Part shown: piece after piece, positions 32,031 to 34,260 of the stretch | How the letters are laid out: every line of letters begins with the position of its first letter | Position numbering within the stretch: the stretch's first letter is position 1 | Assembly: GCA_049509935.1 (NCBI GenBank) | Contig: JBEKZK010000001.1 | Coordinates: 1 to 34,260, forward strand | Direction: 5' to 3' | Length of the DNA: 34,260 nt | Origin: Xanthobacteraceae bacterium | GTDB lineage: Bacteria; Pseudomonadota; Alphaproteobacteria; Rhizobiales; Xanthobacteraceae | Position numbers and translations under genes: made by a program | Notes under the pieces: model-generated | Database searches by the model: none | Told to the model about the DNA's origin: nothing | The model's input: the letters and a program-made list of their open reading frames with translations, nothing else

Positions 32031-32088
32031 CACTCGGCGTGTTCCGGCGGGGCAAGACATGTGACACCGAGAGGCCGCGAGTGACGCG

Positions 32089-32412
32089 ATGACCACGTTC
32101 ACGCTCAACGATCTCGCCGATCGCATCAAGGCGCGCGCGGCGGCCGGTGCCGAGGCCTCCTATACGCGGCGGCTGCTCGACAAGGGCGTGGCGCATTGCG
32201 CCAAGAAGCTCGGCGAGGAGGCGGTCGAGACCGCGCTCGCCGCGGTCGGCGAGGATCGTGAACGGGTGATCGCGGAGGCCGCCGATCTCGTCTATCATCT
32301 TCTCGTCGTGCTCGAGGCTCGCGGCATCGCGCTCGCCGAGGTGGAGGCCGCTCTGGCCGGTCGGCAATTCAAATCCGGCCTCGAGGAGAAGGCGTCGCGC
32401 CCGCGGGATTAG
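32089..32412 (+). CDS. hisE: Phosphoribosyl-ATP pyrophosphatase HisE
   Basis: 107 aa with [10 protein letters not shown]......KKLGEEAVE........[25 protein letters not shown]. Confidence 0.9.
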   Translation: MTTFTLNDLADRIKARAAAGAEASYTRRLLDKGVAHCAKKLGEEAVETALAAVGEDRERVIAEAADLVYHLLVVLEARGIALAEVEAALAGRQFKSGLEEKASRPRD

Positions 32413-33377
32413 TGGACCGTCAAATGGATCAGCGCGCCGACGACGGCCTCTCGCCCTACCGCACCTTCACGCGAGCGGAGTGGGCTGGTCTGCGCGACGA
32501 CACGCCGATGACCCTGATGCCCGGCGAGGTCGCCCGGTTGCGGTCGCTGCACGACCGCCTCGACATGGCGGAGGTCGAGGAGATCTATCTGCCGTTGTCA
32601 CGCCTGCTGTCGCTTTACGTGGCGGCGACCCAGCGGCTGTTTCGCGCGCAGCAGCGCTTCCTCGGCACCGAGGACGTCAAGATGCCGTACATCATCGGCG
32701 TCGCCGGATCGGTGGCGGTGGGCAAGTCGACGACCGCGCGCGTCCTCCAGGCGCTGCTCGCGCGCTGGCCGAACACCCCCAAGGTCGACATGGTGACGAC
32801 CGACGGCTTCCTGCTGCCCAACGCGGTGCTGGAGCGCGAAGGCCTGATGGAGAAGAAGGGCTTCCCCGAGAGCTACGACCTGCCGGCGCTGCTGCTGTTT
32901 CTGTCCGACATCAAGGCCGGGCGGCGTCCGTCGCGCGCTCCGATCTATTCGCACCTCGTCTACGACGTCGTGCCCAACCACTGGGTCGAGGTCGATCGCC
33001 CGGACATCCTGATCGTCGAGGGGCTGAACGTGCTGCAGGCCGGCCGCCCGCCGCGGGACGGCTCGGCGATCCCGTTCGTCTCGGACTTCTTCGATTTTTC
33101 GGTCTATCTCGATGCCGACGAGTCGGTCCTGCGGACCTGGTATGTCGACCGCTTCCTCACCCTCCGCGGTACCGCCTTCACGGATCCCAGATCCTATTTC
33201 CACCGCTACGCCCGGCTCACCGATCAGGAAGCGATCGAGACCGCGACCGCGATCTGGACCCGGATCAATCTGGTCAACCTGCGCGACAACATCCTGCCGA
33301 CCAGGCAGCGCGCCGATCTGATCCTCAACAAGGAGGAAAGCCACCTGGTCGAGCGGGTCGCGTTGCGACGGTTGTGA
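32412..33377 (+). CDS. coaA: Type I pantothenate kinase
   Basis: The sequence shows [39 protein letters not shown] and [13 protein letters not shown], closely matching the E. coli CoaA blocks. The GTG at 32412 shares its G with the hisE TAG. The ATG at 32424 (MDQRADDG) is an alternative start. Confidence 0.93.
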   Translation: MDRQMDQRADDGLSPYRTFTRAEWAGLRDDTPMTLMPGEVARLRSLHDRLDMAEVEEIYLPLSRLLSLYVAATQRLFRAQQRFLGTEDVKMPYIIGVAGSVAVGKSTTARVLQALLARWPNTPKVDMVTTDGFLLPNAVLEREGLMEKKGFPESYDLPALLLFLSDIKAGRRPSRAPIYSHLVYDVVPNHWVEVDRPDILIVEGLNVLQAGRPPRDGSAIPFVSDFFDFSVYLDADESVLRTWYVDRFLTLRGTAFTDPRSYFHRYARLTDQEAIETATAIWTRINLVNLRDNILPTRQRADLILNKEESHLVERVALRRL

Positions 33378-33394
33378 GACGCGGCGGACCGCGC

Positions 33395-34260
33395 TCAGCT
33401 CCGGTGATCGGCGCCGGCGTCGAAATGCGCGATGTAGCGCGGGTCGATGGCAGAGGTGGGCAGCACGATCAGCACATCGGTGGTGCCGAACTGATAATCG
33501 ATGACGGCGCCGTCGCCGACGAAGGCGCCGAGCCGCAGATAGCCCTTGATCAACGGCGGCAGCTGGCGCAGCGCCTGCCTGGCGTCGATCGCCGCTTTCG
33601 CCATCCGGTTCATCTCCACGCGCCGGTGCGGCAGCGCCGGCGCGCTCCAGCCATCGGGCGCCGCGGCGAAATGATGGAGAAACGACAGCGCGAGCGCCAG
33701 CCGATCGGGGTCGGTACCGTCGAGGCTCGCGCAACCGATCATCACGTCGAGGCGATGCTGCAGCACATAGCTCCAGATCCCGTGCCACAGCAGCTCGATG
33801 GTGCGCCTGTTGCGATAGGGCGCGAGCACGCAGGAACGGCCCAGCTCCAGGAATCGTCGGCCGCGATGCCGCTCGAGCAGTGGCTCCACGTCGAACTCGC
33901 CGGCCGTGTAGAAGCCGCCGTGCCGTTCCGCCACGTCCTGGCGCAGCAACCGGTAGGTTCCGACCACAGCGGGCTTGTGCGGGAGCTTCTTCGTCCTGAT
34001 CGCATGATCGACGACCAGGAGGTGATCGCAGATCGGATCGAAGGCGTCGATGTCGCGCTGGGCGAACAGCGCGGCGGCGTCGGCGATTGCCGACATTTCC
34101 CGGTAGAACACCCGGTAGCGCAGCTTTTGCGCGCGCCGCACCTCGCCGGCCTTATGGGCGAGCCGCACCTCCAGCGAGCCGATCCGCGCGAGCGTCCGGT
34201 TCGGCCTGGCCGACCGGGCTTCCGCGACCTGGATGCCGCTGTAGGCGCGCAGCGCCGGCG
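33395..34260 (-). CDS. olsB: GNAT-superfamily lipid N-acyltransferase, OlsB-like (ornithine-lipid synthesis); N-terminus probably beyond the window end
   Basis: The sequence shows LEVRLAHKAGEVRRAQKLRYRVFYREM, DHLLVVD, VVGTYRLL, FLELGRSCVLAPYRNRRTIELLWHGIW and PPLIKGYLRLGA, which resemble OlsB / Acetyltransf_5 proteins. The frame stays open upstream of the GTG at 34168, reading ...PALRAYSGIQVAEARSARPNRTLARIGS, to base 34260. I therefore treat the CDS as partial. Confidence 0.65.
   Translation of the reverse strand, partial: PALRAYSGIQVAEARSARPNRTLARIGSLEVRLAHKAGEVRRAQKLRYRVFYREMSAIADAAALFAQRDIDAFDPICDHLLVVDHAIRTKKLPHKPAVVGTYRLLRQDVAERHGGFYTAGEFDVEPLLERHRGRRFLELGRSCVLAPYRNRRTIELLWHGIWSYVLQHRLDVMIGCASLDGTDPDRLALALSFLHHFAAAPDGWSAPALPHRRVEMNRMAKAAIDARQALRQLPPLIKGYLRLGAFVGDGAVIDYQFGTTDVLIVLPTSAIDPRYIAHFDAGADHRS

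Overview
High-GC alphaproteobacterial chromosome segment. Synteny and protein sequences suggest Hyphomicrobiales, Bradyrhizobiaceae-like, but that assignment is inference. It covers the conserved origin-proximal core region. Left to right: a partial MqsA-like HTH gene in a lower-GC edge; a cNMP-binding protein plus an OmpR-family response regulator; an L,D-transpeptidase; yggS; leuS-lptE-holA; parB-parA-rsmG-mnmG-mnmE (all minus strand); a DUF255 thioredoxin-domain protein; rho; hemJ-hemE; a 378-bp AT-richer gap that I call the candidate oriC; a DUF299 kinase/phosphorylase-maf-aroE-coaE-dnaQ; secB; Tim44-like-mltA-smr; hslVU; hisB-DUF2628-hisH-hisA-hisF-hisE-coaA; and a partial OlsB-like acyltransferase. 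I support about 35 CDS. I found no rRNA, tRNA, CRISPR array, IS element or integrase. All other long ORFs in the track are antisense or off-frame shadow ORFs, as expected for high-GC DNA. I do not see a convincing novel multi-gene system such as defence, secretion or a mobile island. This looks like ordinary, highly conserved housekeeping DNA. The features worth a second look are mostly non-coding. They are the candidate oriC next to hemE, two parS sites (one embedded in the rsmG reading frame), two related 77-80 bp bulged hairpin elements in inverted orientation upstream of leuS, a C-rich rho leader, a 420-bp ORF-free secB/Tim44 gap with a perfect 20-bp palindrome, and the compositional break with the toxin-antitoxin-type gene at the left edge. 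Start codons were chosen by hand from homology expectations and local Shine-Dalgarno or overlap context, and several are uncertain by a few codons.
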